Shown: piece by piece, positions 25,186 to 33,719 of the stretch
Position numbering within the stretch: position 1 is the stretch's first letter
Layout of the letters: each line of letters starts with the position of its first letter
Origin: a virus
Taxonomy: Duplodnaviria; Caudoviricetes
Reading direction: 5' to 3' (one strand)
Virus record (IMG/VR): IMGVR_UViG_2606217775_000001
Coordinates: 5,964 to 69,963 of that record
Length of the DNA stretch: 64,000 nt
Translations under genes and position numbers: made by a program
Notes under the pieces: model-generated
What the model was told of the DNA's origin: nothing
The model's input: only the letters and a program-made list of their open reading frames with translations
Databases searched by the model: none

Positions 25186-25464
25186 ATGGGCAAGGCCGCG
25201 GACAACGAGCGCAAGAAACTAAAGGCTACTTGGTACAATAATCTGTCCATTGGCCTGATGCTCGGCGGGATATTCATCCCATATCTCGGTGCGATAACGA
25301 AAATGGGGTACATTTCCAGCAAGATAACGTCTGGCGAGTTTTTTTCTTTTGAGGACCAAGCTTACGCGGTGGGTGCAATTGTCAGCATGGTCCTCGCATT
25401 TACAGGCGCGCGCACCCTCCGAAGAAGCGCTGATGAGATCGCCTCGCGGATCGAGGGGGACTGA
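25186..25464 (+). CDS. Small two-TM membrane protein (AT-rich moron)
   Basis: Two TM helices; low-GC codon usage. Confidence 0.7.
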   Translation: MGKAADNERKKLKATWYNNLSIGLMLGGIFIPYLGAITKMGYISSKITSGEFFSFEDQAYAVGAIVSMVLAFTGARTLRRSADEIASRIEGD

Positions 25465-25507
25465 CGGATCTGGCCCTGTCGAATGGGACTTGACTGCGGT
25501 TTGTCGC

Positions 25508-25570
25508 TTGACGCATATGGACAGCGCAGAAGTTTAAGACGGCCCCGGCGGAAACCCCGCGCGGGGCCGT
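25508..25570 (+). promoter_or_regulatory. Candidate late promoter followed by a hairpin (pR'/tR'-like)
   Basis: TTGACG at 25508; stem ACGGCCCC (25539) / GGGGCCGT (25563). Confidence 0.4.
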
Positions 25571-25669
25571 TGTCGTTCAGGGAGGCCAGCCATGAAGCGC
25601 TGATCTCACCGAGGCGGCCGACCTCTGAAGCGGACAGCTTCGCCCGCTCTGACCCTGACAGTCTGACCT

Positions 25670-25709
25670 ATAGCGGCCTCACAAAGCCGATAGCGGCCTC
25701 ACAAAGCCG
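25670..25709 (+). repeat. 20-bp perfect tandem duplication
   Basis: ATAGCGGCCTCACAAAGCCG occurs twice. Confidence 0.9.
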
Positions 25710-26080
25710 GGTTCGGGTATCGCTTCGTGCCCCCGGACAAGCTTGCCGCACGTTGTGTTCACGCCCCTCGATCCCTGAAACACGGGATATGGCCGCACGT
25801 CACGGGCGGCCGAGAGGACAGAACCGAGGCGCACATCATCGCGGACCCCGCGTGAGCTTCCGGGCTCCACGCTTCAGCCCCGCGGGTGTGAAGGCCGACG
25901 TCTCACCCTCCACGATGCCCGGAAGGGCCGCCGAACCGACGGCGTGAAACACAGGTCCCCTCGCTCTTGGGGTCAACGAGCCGTCGCCTGCGAACGTCAT
26001 CGCGGCCCCCTTTCAGCGATGCGGTGCAGGAGGCGATCGTCTATGATCCCCACCATGACGCGCGCGCACAGCGCCCGGTG

Positions 26081-26350
26081 ATGACCGAGCGCGACATCGC
26101 CGAGCGCCTCCGGCAGCTCTGCAGCAAGGCCGACCGGCTGAAGATGCCGAGCCATCGGCACAGCGCTGAGGCGTTCATGGTCGACCGCGACGAGATCCGC
26201 GACGGCCTGCGCCGGTTCTACCGCGAGCTGACCGGGCACTGGCCCGATCAGGAGGCCTCCGGCCCGCCGCGTCGTGCGCCGGCGCCGATCCCGACCGCCG
26301 TCCTGCGCCACCGCGAGCGAACCAGGACCACACGCCTCATCCGCGTCTGA
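26081..26350 (+). CDS. Hypothetical protein
   Basis: ATG coupled (TGATG) to a 12-codon upstream ORF at 26043..26081 that carries an AGGAGG RBS. Confidence 0.65.
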   Translation: MTERDIAERLRQLCSKADRLKMPSHRHSAEAFMVDRDEIRDGLRRFYRELTGHWPDQEASGPPRRAPAPIPTAVLRHRERTRTTRLIRV

Positions 26351-26374
26351 CGATCCGCCCGACCCACAGATCCC

Positions 26375-26401
26375 AACCCCGCTCCGGCGGGGTTTTTCTT
26401 T
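26375..26401 (+). terminator. Intrinsic terminator
   Basis: AACCCCGC-TCCG-GCGGGGTT followed by TTTCTTT. Confidence 0.8.
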
Positions 26402-26411
26402 GAGGCCTCCC

Positions 26412-26642
26412 ATGATCCCCGAGCTGCGCGCCTCCATCCAGGAGGCACGGATCGCCGCGCTCATCGGCAGGACCTGCCTGTCGAGCGTAGCTGCGGTCCA
26501 CATGGGTCGTGTCGCTGCGGCCTGGAACGCGATCGCGCCGCAGCGCATCGCCGCCACACGGGAGGTGCACGGCGCCACCATGGTGCTGCACCCGACCAAG
26601 GGATGGCGCCGCATCCGCCACAAGCGCCTCGGGATCGCCTGA
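26412..26642 (+). CDS. Hypothetical protein
   Basis: GAGG RBS; TGATG-coupled to the next gene. Confidence 0.6.
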   Translation: MIPELRASIQEARIAALIGRTCLSSVAAVHMGRVAAAWNAIAPQRIAATREVHGATMVLHPTKGWRRIRHKRLGIA

Positions 26643-26806
26643 TGACGCTTCGCCAGCGCATGGCCACCGTCGCGATGTGCGACGCGGTGCTCGCCTGCTC
26701 GGCCTGCACGCCGAGTCTCCGCCGCCGTGCGGAGTGCCTGCGCGCCCACGCCTCCGGGGACTACTCCCGGATGAGCTTCGGCACCCTCGTGATCGTGGTG
26801 GCCTGA
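26642..26806 (+). CDS. Small hypothetical protein
   Basis: TGATG overlap. Confidence 0.5.
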   Translation: MTLRQRMATVAMCDAVLACSACTPSLRRRAECLRAHASGDYSRMSFGTLVIVVA

Positions 26807-26807
26807 C

Positions 26808-27188
26808 GTGATGCTGCAGGACACCTCGCTTCGCATCGGGCTGCCGGCCTCGATGCCGCCGCGTCCCATGGCCGATCGCTTGGCCGACGCATCCCCGACC
26901 CCGGGTGAGCTCTGCCGCGCGGATCGGACCGCCCGGATGGTCCAGGCGCTGCCTGACGATGGCGCGGTGGTCATCGTCCACTCGCCGGGCGCTGTGATCC
27001 TGATCCGCGAGGCTATCCGCGAGTTGCGGGGCACCGAGGTCGCGGCGCAGACGCGCGTCGTGGCCGCGCCCACCATGGCTGACGAGCGCCGCGTGACCGC
27101 CGGCCTCAGCCTCCCGGTCTTCCGCGACCACTTCGTCGACGAGCAGCGCGAATACGCGCGCGCCGTCATGCAGGCGTGGCGGCTGTGA
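26808..27188 (+). CDS. Hypothetical protein
   Basis: Coupled ORF with alternating alpha/beta composition. Confidence 0.65.
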   Translation: MMLQDTSLRIGLPASMPPRPMADRLADASPTPGELCRADRTARMVQALPDDGAVVIVHSPGAVILIREAIRELRGTEVAAQTRVVAAPTMADERRVTAGLSLPVFRDHFVDEQREYARAVMQAWRL

Positions 27189-27340
27189 TGCCCCGACTGG
27201 TCGTGCGCCTGGGGCTCCTCCTCGGCCTGCGTCGCGCCGTGCCGACCCCGGTTCGGTCCTGGCGCGATCCCAAGCCACCGGTCTGTGTCGGTCGTCCGGT
27301 CCACACCGGCCGCGCCCTGTCGTGCGGCGAGGCGCCCTGA
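27188..27340 (+). CDS. Small hypothetical protein
   Basis: TGATG overlap; exactly fills the gap between neighbours. Confidence 0.45.
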   Translation: MPRLVVRLGLLLGLRRAVPTPVRSWRDPKPPVCVGRPVHTGRALSCGEAP

Positions 27341-27341
27341 C

Positions 27342-27653
27342 ATGCGCCTCAGCCTCTACGAAGCCATGCCGACGCTCGTGCCGCTCACCCCGGCCCAGGC
27401 CCGCGCCGCCCACGCGGAGCGCGAGCTGGAGCGCGCGACCCATCTCTGCCGGCGCCTCGGCGTCGATCCCGACCGCCACGCACCGCTCATCCTGAAGACG
27501 ATGGACGCTTACGTCGCCGAGGGGAAGCAGGACCGCCTCCCGGCGATCGCCGAGGCGCTGTCCGAGCTGATGCCCCCGTCGGCCGCGTCCTTCGAACACA
27601 CCCTGATGCTCGGCCTCGCGATCGGCCTAGTCGTCGCGTCGGAGAAGGCCTGA
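27342..27653 (+). CDS. Hypothetical protein with C-terminal hydrophobic segment
   Basis: TGAcATG junction. Confidence 0.65.
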   Translation: MRLSLYEAMPTLVPLTPAQARAAHAERELERATHLCRRLGVDPDRHAPLILKTMDAYVAEGKQDRLPAIAEALSELMPPSAASFEHTLMLGLAIGLVVASEKA

Positions 27654-27654
27654 C

Positions 27655-27807
27655 ATGGACGGCCTCATCCTCGACGTCCCCGCGCCGGAGCACATCGCGC
27701 CCTTCGTGCCGCCGGTCTGCCTCTCCCCGATGACCGCGCAGGTCCTGGCGATCGCGCTGGTGATCCTGCTGTGCGCCGCTCTGATGCCGACGAAGGGCAA
27801 CCGATGA
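27655..27807 (+). CDS. Small membrane protein
   Basis: TGAcATG junction; TM segment VLAIALVILLCAALM. Confidence 0.55.
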   Translation: MDGLILDVPAPEHIAPFVPPVCLSPMTAQVLAIALVILLCAALMPTKGNR

Positions 27808-28100
27808 TGACGATCCGCGGTCTGCTGGCGCTTCTCATTCTGGAGATGGCGCTGGCGGTCGCGATGCTGCTCGGCGCCATGGCCGGCGGCCACGCCGAGA
27901 CCATCGGCTGGCGCATCGAGGTCCAGGCCTGCACGAAGGCCTGCCGGATCGTGCTCGGCCGCGAGCGCGCCGAGAACAAGTACACCTGCATGACGCGCGC
28001 TGCGCGCATCGCCGAGTTCGCCGACCTCACGAAGCTGCTGCCGGCCGGCGCGCGGATCACCGCCCGCTGTCTGCCCGTCGACGGGATGCCCTCGGCATGA
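27804..28100 (+). CDS. Small exported Cys-containing protein
   Basis: Signal peptide; four Cys; ATGA overlaps. Confidence 0.65.
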   Translation: MMTIRGLLALLILEMALAVAMLLGAMAGGHAETIGWRIEVQACTKACRIVLGRERAENKYTCMTRAARIAEFADLTKLLPAGARITARCLPVDGMPSA

Positions 28101-28300
28101 ACACGGTCTTCGCCCTCATCCTGGTCTGCGCCGCCTCGACGGCCCAGCCCGAGTGCTCGCGGGAGACCGCGCTCGACGTCATCACCGTGAAGACGCCCTC
28201 CGTCTTCGCCTGTCTCATGACGGGCCAGACGAGCGTCGCCCGCGAGCAGCTGCTCGGCGACGGCCGCTACACCAAGGTGGTGTGCGGCTCCCGCCCGTGA
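28097..28300 (+). CDS. Small exported Cys-containing protein
   Basis: MNTVFALILVCAAS...C...C...C. Confidence 0.65.
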   Translation: MNTVFALILVCAASTAQPECSRETALDVITVKTPSVFACLMTGQTSVAREQLLGDGRYTKVVCGSRP

Positions 28301-28704
28301 GTTCCAACCGCCGCGTCGCCTGGGGCGCCGCCTTCGCCAAGGCCCGAGGGGATCGCATGGTACGCCGTGAGATCCGCGAGGAGCGTCTGCGCGGGCAGCG
28401 CTGCTCGGTGCTCGACCTCTCCGCGTGGCGCGGCCAGTCCGGCCGCCGCTACGTCGTGGCGGTCTACACGCTGGCCCAGGCCCGCTCCGACGTCGACGCG
28501 CCCGGCGCCGTCCTGATCGGCGTGCGTCGCGGTGATGACGGGCTCGCCCGCATCGTCGGCGTCGGCTGGCGCGGCACGATGGCCGAGGCCGTCGAGCTCG
28601 CCGCGGCTGACGGCGCGACGGAGATCCACGCGCATCGCCTCGCCGACTCCGACGAGGACCGCGAGGCGATCGTCGAGGACCTAGTGGGTGACGATGCGCT
28701 CTGA
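28297..28704 (+). CDS. Hypothetical protein
   Basis: GTGA overlap; AWRGQSGRRYVVAVY motif. Confidence 0.65.
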   Translation: MSSNRRVAWGAAFAKARGDRMVRREIREERLRGQRCSVLDLSAWRGQSGRRYVVAVYTLAQARSDVDAPGAVLIGVRRGDDGLARIVGVGWRGTMAEAVELAAADGATEIHAHRLADSDEDREAIVEDLVGDDAL

Positions 28705-28837
28705 GCCGCGCCCCCACCTCGACCTCTGGTCCCTCGTCGCGATCTACGCGGCCGCGGCCACGATCGTCGTCGAGGCGAGCTACCAGCTGCCGATGACCCT
28801 GCTCGACGAGTGGGGTCGGATCCTGCGGGACCGATGA
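28694..28837 (+). CDS. Small membrane peptide
   Basis: 47 aa with a hydrophobic core; coupled to its neighbours. Confidence 0.5.
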   Translation: MRSEPRPHLDLWSLVAIYAAAATIVVEASYQLPMTLLDEWGRILRDR

Positions 28838-28896
28838 TGTTCCGCGCCTGGTACCGCCGGTTCGCACTGGGCTTTGCCCGGGCGTTCGCCGCCTGA
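28834..28896 (+). CDS. 20-aa peptide (MMFRAWYRRFALGFARAFAA)
   Basis: ATGA overlap with the upstream ORF; amphipathic. Confidence 0.35.
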   Translation: MMFRAWYRRFALGFARAFAA

Positions 28897-28902
28897 TTGG
28901 AC

Positions 28903-28973
28903 CCGGTTTGGCCGGTCCAGACCGCACGCCAAACCGGCCAATTACTACACCTCTTAAGGTCTAGTAATTGGCC
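28903..28973. promoter_or_regulatory. Putative res/att-like recombination site
   Basis: IR1 CCGGTTTGGC (28903) / GCCAAACCGG (28928); IR2 GGCCAATTACTA (28936) / TAGTAATTGGCC (28962) with inner ACCT/AGGT; directly upstream of the recombinase. Confidence 0.6.
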
Positions 28974-29015
28974 CTCAGGTCCTCGAAAAACAATAGCAAA
29001 AACAGGGGCTTGCGG

Positions 29016-29864
29016 GTGGCTGCAAGTAGCGCCCGCGCCCGACGCGCGCTCCGTAGGAATGCTGTCCAGGCGGCAGAACGCGAGGAGGTCCGGGCGCTCG
29101 CCGTCGGCTACCTGCGGGTGTCGACGGATGAGCAGGCCCAGCGCGGCAACAGCCTGCCCGAGCAGGAACAGGCGATCCGCGCTTACGCCACGGCCGTCGG
29201 CCTCGACCTCGTCCAGGTCCTGGCCGACCCCGGTGTGTCCGGTACCGTGAAGCCTGCCGAGCGGCCGGGCTTCAGCCAGGTCCTGCAGCTCGCCGCCGAC
29301 CGGCGCTTCAGCGTGCTCCTGGTGAAACGCTTCGACCGCCTGGCGCGCAACATCGCGCTGGCGGTCACCACCTCGGCCGAGCTCGACACGCTGCACGGTG
29401 TGACGATCCGCTCGGTGACGGAGGCGATCGACACGGGCTCGCCATCGGGCAAGCTCATCTTCGGCGTCCTCTCGGCGATGGCCGAGCAGGAGCGCTCGGT
29501 CATCATCGAGCGGACCAAGGGCGGCCGGATGCAGAAGGCCGGCCGCGGCGGCTTCGCTGGCGGCGTCATTCCCTACGGCTACCTGTCCGATGGGAAGGGC
29601 GGCCTGCTGATCGACGTCGAGCGGGCGCCGATCGTGCGCCGGATCTTCGATGAGAACGGCGCCGGCCGCACCCTCAAGGCGATCGCCGACGGCTTGAACG
29701 CCGACGGTGTGCCGTCGCCGAAGGGCAAGCGCTGGTGGCCCTCGAACGTGAGCTACCTGCTCAACAACCAGGTCTACTCGGGCAAGGTCGAGTACGTCTT
29801 CGTGACGGACGGCGCCGTGACCCACGTGAACCGCCAGGGCACGCATGCCCGCATCGTCCGGTGA
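29016..29864 (+). CDS. Serine recombinase (resolvase catalytic domain plus recombinase domain)
   Basis: VGYLRVSTDEQ, DPGVSG, RPG and VKRFDRLAR motifs; PYGY...IA..LNADG.PSPKGKRW recombinase domain; no Zn-ribbon/coiled-coil region. Confidence 0.92.
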   Translation: MAASSARARRALRRNAVQAAEREEVRALAVGYLRVSTDEQAQRGNSLPEQEQAIRAYATAVGLDLVQVLADPGVSGTVKPAERPGFSQVLQLAADRRFSVLLVKRFDRLARNIALAVTTSAELDTLHGVTIRSVTEAIDTGSPSGKLIFGVLSAMAEQERSVIIERTKGGRMQKAGRGGFAGGVIPYGYLSDGKGGLLIDVERAPIVRRIFDENGAGRTLKAIADGLNADGVPSPKGKRWWPSNVSYLLNNQVYSGKVEYVFVTDGAVTHVNRQGTHARIVR

Positions 29865-30130
29865 GCCCTTTGGCCGAAGAGATCGACCGCCAGTTGGACC
29901 GCCTCGAGGTCCGGCACGGCGACATCCTGGTACTGCGTACGTCGCAGAAGCTGCAGCCAGCGACGGCCGCGCGCTGGCAGGACGACCTGATCCGCATGTG
30001 CGCGGCCGCCGGCGTCCGGGACGTCACCGTCCTGGTCCTCGACAACGCTGCCGAGCTGTCGATCGAGCGGCCGGCCACGCGCCTCGTCCAGCAGAGCCGG
30101 GACGTGCCGCAACCGATGCAGGTCTGCTGA
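29861..30130 (+). CDS. Hypothetical protein
   Basis: GTGA overlap with the recombinase. Confidence 0.6.
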   Translation: MSPLAEEIDRQLDRLEVRHGDILVLRTSQKLQPATAARWQDDLIRMCAAAGVRDVTVLVLDNAAELSIERPATRLVQQSRDVPQPMQVC

Positions 30131-30132
30131 CC

Positions 30133-30204
30133 ATGGCCGCGCAGACGCTGACGATCCTCGATCCGGTCTCGGGCGAGCTGAAGACCATCACCGTCGGGCG
30201 CTGA
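30133..30204 (+). CDS. 23-aa peptide
   Basis: Exactly fills the gap between neighbours; good codon usage. Confidence 0.35.
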   Translation: MAAQTLTILDPVSGELKTITVGR

Positions 30205-30208
30205 TCCC

Positions 30209-30937
30209 ATGCTGAAGCTCGACGCCAGCGAGTTCGGCCTCAAGGCCGAGGCCGCTGGTCGGGCTGCCCGGCAGGTGCCGTTCGTCGCCGCGGTCGCACT
30301 GACCAACGCGATGAAGGACGCACGGGAGGCCGAGCGCGAGACCATGCGGTCCGTGTTCGACCAGCCGTCGAACTTCACGCTCAACAGCCTGATGGTCCGG
30401 CCGGCCACGAAGCAACGCCTCCAGGCGGAGCTCGGCTTCAAGGAGGGCGGCAGCTCGATCCCGGCCTGGAAGTTCCTCGGGCCTCAAGTCGCCGGCGGCA
30501 CGCGCCGCCACAAGCGGTTCGAGGTCCTGCTGATCCGCAAGGGTCTGATGCTCGCCGGCGAGTTCGCGGTGCCCAGCACGCGCTGCCCGCGGGACGGCAA
30601 CGGCAACGTGTCGGGGGCCTTCATCACCCGCATGCTCTCGGCGCTGGGCGCGCAGTCGGATCGGTACCAGAACACCACGGCGCGCTCGAAGCGCCGCAAC
30701 GTCGGGCGGAACGTCGAGTACATCGTCTTCCGCAACCACGGTAAGGCGCCGGACGGGATCTACCTTCAGAAGGAGAAGTGGGCGGTGCCCATCTTCCTGT
30801 TCGTGAAGGGCGTCAGCTACTCCAAGCGCTTCCCCTACTACGAGAAGGCGGGCGCCGTGGTGCCGGCTGCGTACCGGAAGCACTTCCGGGCGGCGTGGGA
30901 GCGCTTCGTCGTCAACGACGTGCGCCGCAAGGGCTGA
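30209..30937 (+). CDS. Phage structural protein, tail-completion/gpZ-like
   Basis: QVPFVAAVALTNA...FDQPSNFTLNS...GPQVAGGTR..KRFE motif; function tentative. Confidence 0.55.
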   Translation: MLKLDASEFGLKAEAAGRAARQVPFVAAVALTNAMKDAREAERETMRSVFDQPSNFTLNSLMVRPATKQRLQAELGFKEGGSSIPAWKFLGPQVAGGTRRHKRFEVLLIRKGLMLAGEFAVPSTRCPRDGNGNVSGAFITRMLSALGAQSDRYQNTTARSKRRNVGRNVEYIVFRNHGKAPDGIYLQKEKWAVPIFLFVKGVSYSKRFPYYEKAGAVVPAAYRKHFRAAWERFVVNDVRRKG

Positions 30938-31049
30938 TCCGGCGGCGGTCGCCAGCGGCCCGCGCAGGCTTCGGGAGGGCCATCCGGGCGCCCGAGGGGC
31001 GAGCCAGAGGGCCGAGAGGATGCCTCACCCCCCTCCCAGGCCAAATCCA

Positions 31050-31125
31050 GGGTCCTTCCGGGAGGGGGGTGCCGGTGAGGGGAATTCGGACCCCATCGGT
31101 CCACCCTCTGAGAAATTTCGAAATC
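31050..31125 (+). other. Putative cos packaging site
   Basis: GGGTCCTTCCGG at 31050 resembles lambda cosQ (GGGTCCTTTCCGG); followed by a G-rich segment and AT-rich GAGAAATTTCGAAA immediately upstream of the small terminase. Confidence 0.55.
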
Positions 31126-31138
31126 GGGGTTGTTGTTT

Positions 31139-31705
31139 ATGACCGGCCCGATTGATGGCCGGCCGATCAATCGCGGCGAGTTGGCGAGCCTCTGTGGCGT
31201 CAGCCTGCCCACGATCGACGGCTGGGTCGAGAAGGGCTGCCCGTTCCTTGAGCGCGGCAGCAAGGGCGTCGAGTGGCGCTTCGACTCGGCTGCCGTGATC
31301 GACTGGCGCATCCAGCGTGCCGTCGAGAGCGCGGTGACGGGCGCCGGCGACGAGAACACTAAGGCCAAGCGCGAGGACGCCGACTGTCGTCGGGCGATCG
31401 CAAACGCGACCATCGCGGAGATCGGCGCCGACGAAGCGCAGAAGGCGGTCGTGTCCAGACACGACGTCGTCGCCGACATGGCGGCTTTCTGCCAGGTCCT
31501 GAAGACCGGCCTGTCGAACATGGCCTCGAAAGTCGCCGCCCGCGCGACCACCATGACCAGCGCCCCCGAGATCGAGGGGATGGTCCGGACCGAAACGAAC
31601 CGCGCCTTCACGGCCGCTCGCGAGGAGATTGCGCAGCGGTGGTTCGGCGCGCGCGGCAAGGACCACGATGAAAGCGGAGCCGACCAGCCATCCCCTGCCG
31701 GGTAG
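31139..31705 (+). CDS. Terminase small subunit (Nu1-like)
   Basis: INRGELASLCGVSLPTIDGWVEKGCP winged HTH; overlaps the large subunit gene. Confidence 0.9.
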   Translation: MTGPIDGRPINRGELASLCGVSLPTIDGWVEKGCPFLERGSKGVEWRFDSAAVIDWRIQRAVESAVTGAGDENTKAKREDADCRRAIANATIAEIGADEAQKAVVSRHDVVADMAAFCQVLKTGLSNMASKVAARATTMTSAPEIEGMVRTETNRAFTAAREEIAQRWFGARGKDHDESGADQPSPAG

Positions 31706-33719
31706 GTACGGGGCCGGTCGCGAGGCCATGCGCCGCGACCTGGATGCGCTATTCGACGACGCCCTGGCCTTCAAGCCGCGCATGAGCGGCTCGGAGTGGG
31801 CGGAAAAGTACGGGCGGATCCCGAAGTCGACCGGCGCCGAGAGCGGCCCGGTGACCCTCTACGGCTACCAGCGCGGCCTTCTGGACGCGATGTGCGATCC
31901 GGAAATCCCGCTGGTCACCGTGCTGAAGGCGGCCCGCGTCGGCTACACCCGGCTCGCCACGCTCGCGATCGGCTACCACCTGCACCAGGAGCCGACGCTC
32001 TGCGCGGTGGCGCAGCCGGTCGAGGATGATGCGGAGGAGTTCGGCGCCACCGAGATCGCGCCGATGCTGCGCGAAACTCCTGTGCTGGCCCGTATGCTAC
32101 GGCCGGTCCGGAAGGGCGAAAAGCAGGACTCCGCGACCTTCTACCAGATGTCGAACGGCGCCCTCGTGCGCGTCGTCGGCGCGGCTTCGGATGACGCGTT
32201 CCGGCGCTACTCCGCCCGGTTCATGTTCGCCGACGAGATCGACGGTGACGGCTGGACACCCGGCGCCAAGACGCAGGGCGACAAGCTCAAGCTGTTCTGG
32301 ACCCGCGGCGAGACCTTCTACAACCGCAAGCAGGTCCGAGGCTCGACCCCGCTCCTCGAGGAGACAAGCCGGGTCTGGAAGCTGTGGCTGGCCTCGGACC
32401 AGCGGCGATACTTCGTACCCTGCCCGCAGTGCTCGGAGACCGCCGGCGAGCTTTCCGGCTGGCAGTACCTCGATTGGGGCGGCAAGGACACGCCGCACGG
32501 CCTGAAGTGGGACCTGAACGAAGACGGGTCGCTCAAATCCGTCTGGTACCAGGGCACCTGCGGCTGCATCATCGACGAGGGCCGCAAGGCCTGGATGGAC
32601 GCGCACGGTGATTGGCGCCCGACGGCGACGCCGAAGGCGCCCGGTCACGTCGGCTTCCACCTCTGGACCGGCATGTCGCTCAACGCGAACGCCGCTTGGC
32701 CGGTGATCGTGCAGGAGTGGTTGGAAGCGCTGGAGGACCCGGCGAACCTCGTCCAGCCGTTCAATAACCTTCGCCTCGGCCGGCCGCACCGGCAGACCTT
32801 CGGACAGGAGATCAAGCCCGGCGTCTTCCTTGAGCGGCGCGAGGAGTACGGCGCCGAGGTGCCGGACTTCGTGTCCTTCCTGACGCTCGGTGGCGACGTC
32901 CAGTCCGGCGCTAACGCTCGAATTGAGGGGGCGGTTTGGGGCTGGGGTCCCGGGCTCGAATGCGCCCTGATCGGCCACTTCGTCATCCCAGGCGATCCGG
33001 CACAACCGGAGGTCTGGCGCGACCTCGATGCCCTGCTGAAGCGAACCTTCAAGAAGGGTGACGGAACCGAGCTGCGCGTGCGGGCGGCCGCCATCGACTC
33101 CGGCGGCCACCACACGGCCGAGACCTATGCCTTCTGCACCGAGCGCCGGAAGCGGCGGGTCTGGGCGATCAAGGGTAAGTCCGAGGCGCGAGGCTCCCGC
33201 ACCAAGGTGTGGCCACGGCTGCCGTCCTCGAAGCTCGGCGCGTCCTGGTACATGATCGGCGGCAACGCCGCCCGCGACTTCGCCTACGGTTCGCTCACAG
33301 TCACCGACCCGGGCCCGCGGCACGTCCGCTTCCCGATCGAGCCGGCCCGCGGGTCGCGCCCGATCGACGCCGAGTACTTCGAGCAGCTCACCCGCGAGAA
33401 GCTGGTGGTGCACCAGCGCCTCGGCTTCACCGAGTGGCAGAAGCCCAAGGCCGCTCACGAAGCGGGCGTGTGCTTCGTCTACGCCTACGTCGCCGTCTGC
33501 GGCCTCCAGGCGATGAGCGGCCGTTACGTCGCGCTGGGCAAGCTGCCCGAGCGCGAGGACGGCCCCGACGACCCGGCGGAGACTTCGGAAGCCCACGCGG
33601 CAACGGAAGGCCCGGCGAAACCGCAAGCGGTCGAGCGCCAGGTCGTGGCCACGCGTGCCCAACCCGCCAAGGCCCCTGATTGGGAGCCACCCCGCAAGAG
33701 GCAATCGAAATGGCTGTAG
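31668..33719 (+). CDS. Terminase large subunit (lambda gpA family)
   Basis: KAARVGYT Walker A, FADEIDG Walker B, STP, SDQRRYFVPCPQC and AAIDSGG motifs. Confidence 0.95.
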   Translation: MKAEPTSHPLPGRYGAGREAMRRDLDALFDDALAFKPRMSGSEWAEKYGRIPKSTGAESGPVTLYGYQRGLLDAMCDPEIPLVTVLKAARVGYTRLATLAIGYHLHQEPTLCAVAQPVEDDAEEFGATEIAPMLRETPVLARMLRPVRKGEKQDSATFYQMSNGALVRVVGAASDDAFRRYSARFMFADEIDGDGWTPGAKTQGDKLKLFWTRGETFYNRKQVRGSTPLLEETSRVWKLWLASDQRRYFVPCPQCSETAGELSGWQYLDWGGKDTPHGLKWDLNEDGSLKSVWYQGTCGCIIDEGRKAWMDAHGDWRPTATPKAPGHVGFHLWTGMSLNANAAWPVIVQEWLEALEDPANLVQPFNNLRLGRPHRQTFGQEIKPGVFLERREEYGAEVPDFVSFLTLGGDVQSGANARIEGAVWGWGPGLECALIGHFVIPGDPAQPEVWRDLDALLKRTFKKGDGTELRVRAAAIDSGGHHTAETYAFCTERRKRRVWAIKGKSEARGSRTKVWPRLPSSKLGASWYMIGGNAARDFAYGSLTVTDPGPRHVRFPIEPARGSRPIDAEYFEQLTREKLVVHQRLGFTEWQKPKAAHEAGVCFVYAYVAVCGLQAMSGRYVALGKLPEREDGPDDPAETSEAHAATEGPAKPQAVERQVVATRAQPAKAPDWEPPRKRQSKWL

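Noticed and set aside
25670-25709. Possible CRISPR or mini-array
   Set aside because: Only two abutting copies with no spacer, and no cas genes in the window.
25465-26040. Possible tRNA genes at the usual late-leader position
   Set aside because: No cloverleaf with D-arm, anticodon arm and TTC(G/A)A T-loop could be built.
28936-28973. Palindrome as a protelomerase (telRL) site of a linear plasmid prophage
   Set aside because: No protelomerase (tyrosine-recombinase-like) gene in the window; the adjacent enzyme is a serine recombinase.
29016-29864. Recombinase as a tail-fibre invertase (Gin/Cin-like)
   Set aside because: It is more than 20 kb from the fibre genes, lacks the invertase-type C-terminal HTH, and no inverted crossover repeats or reversed fibre cassettes were seen.
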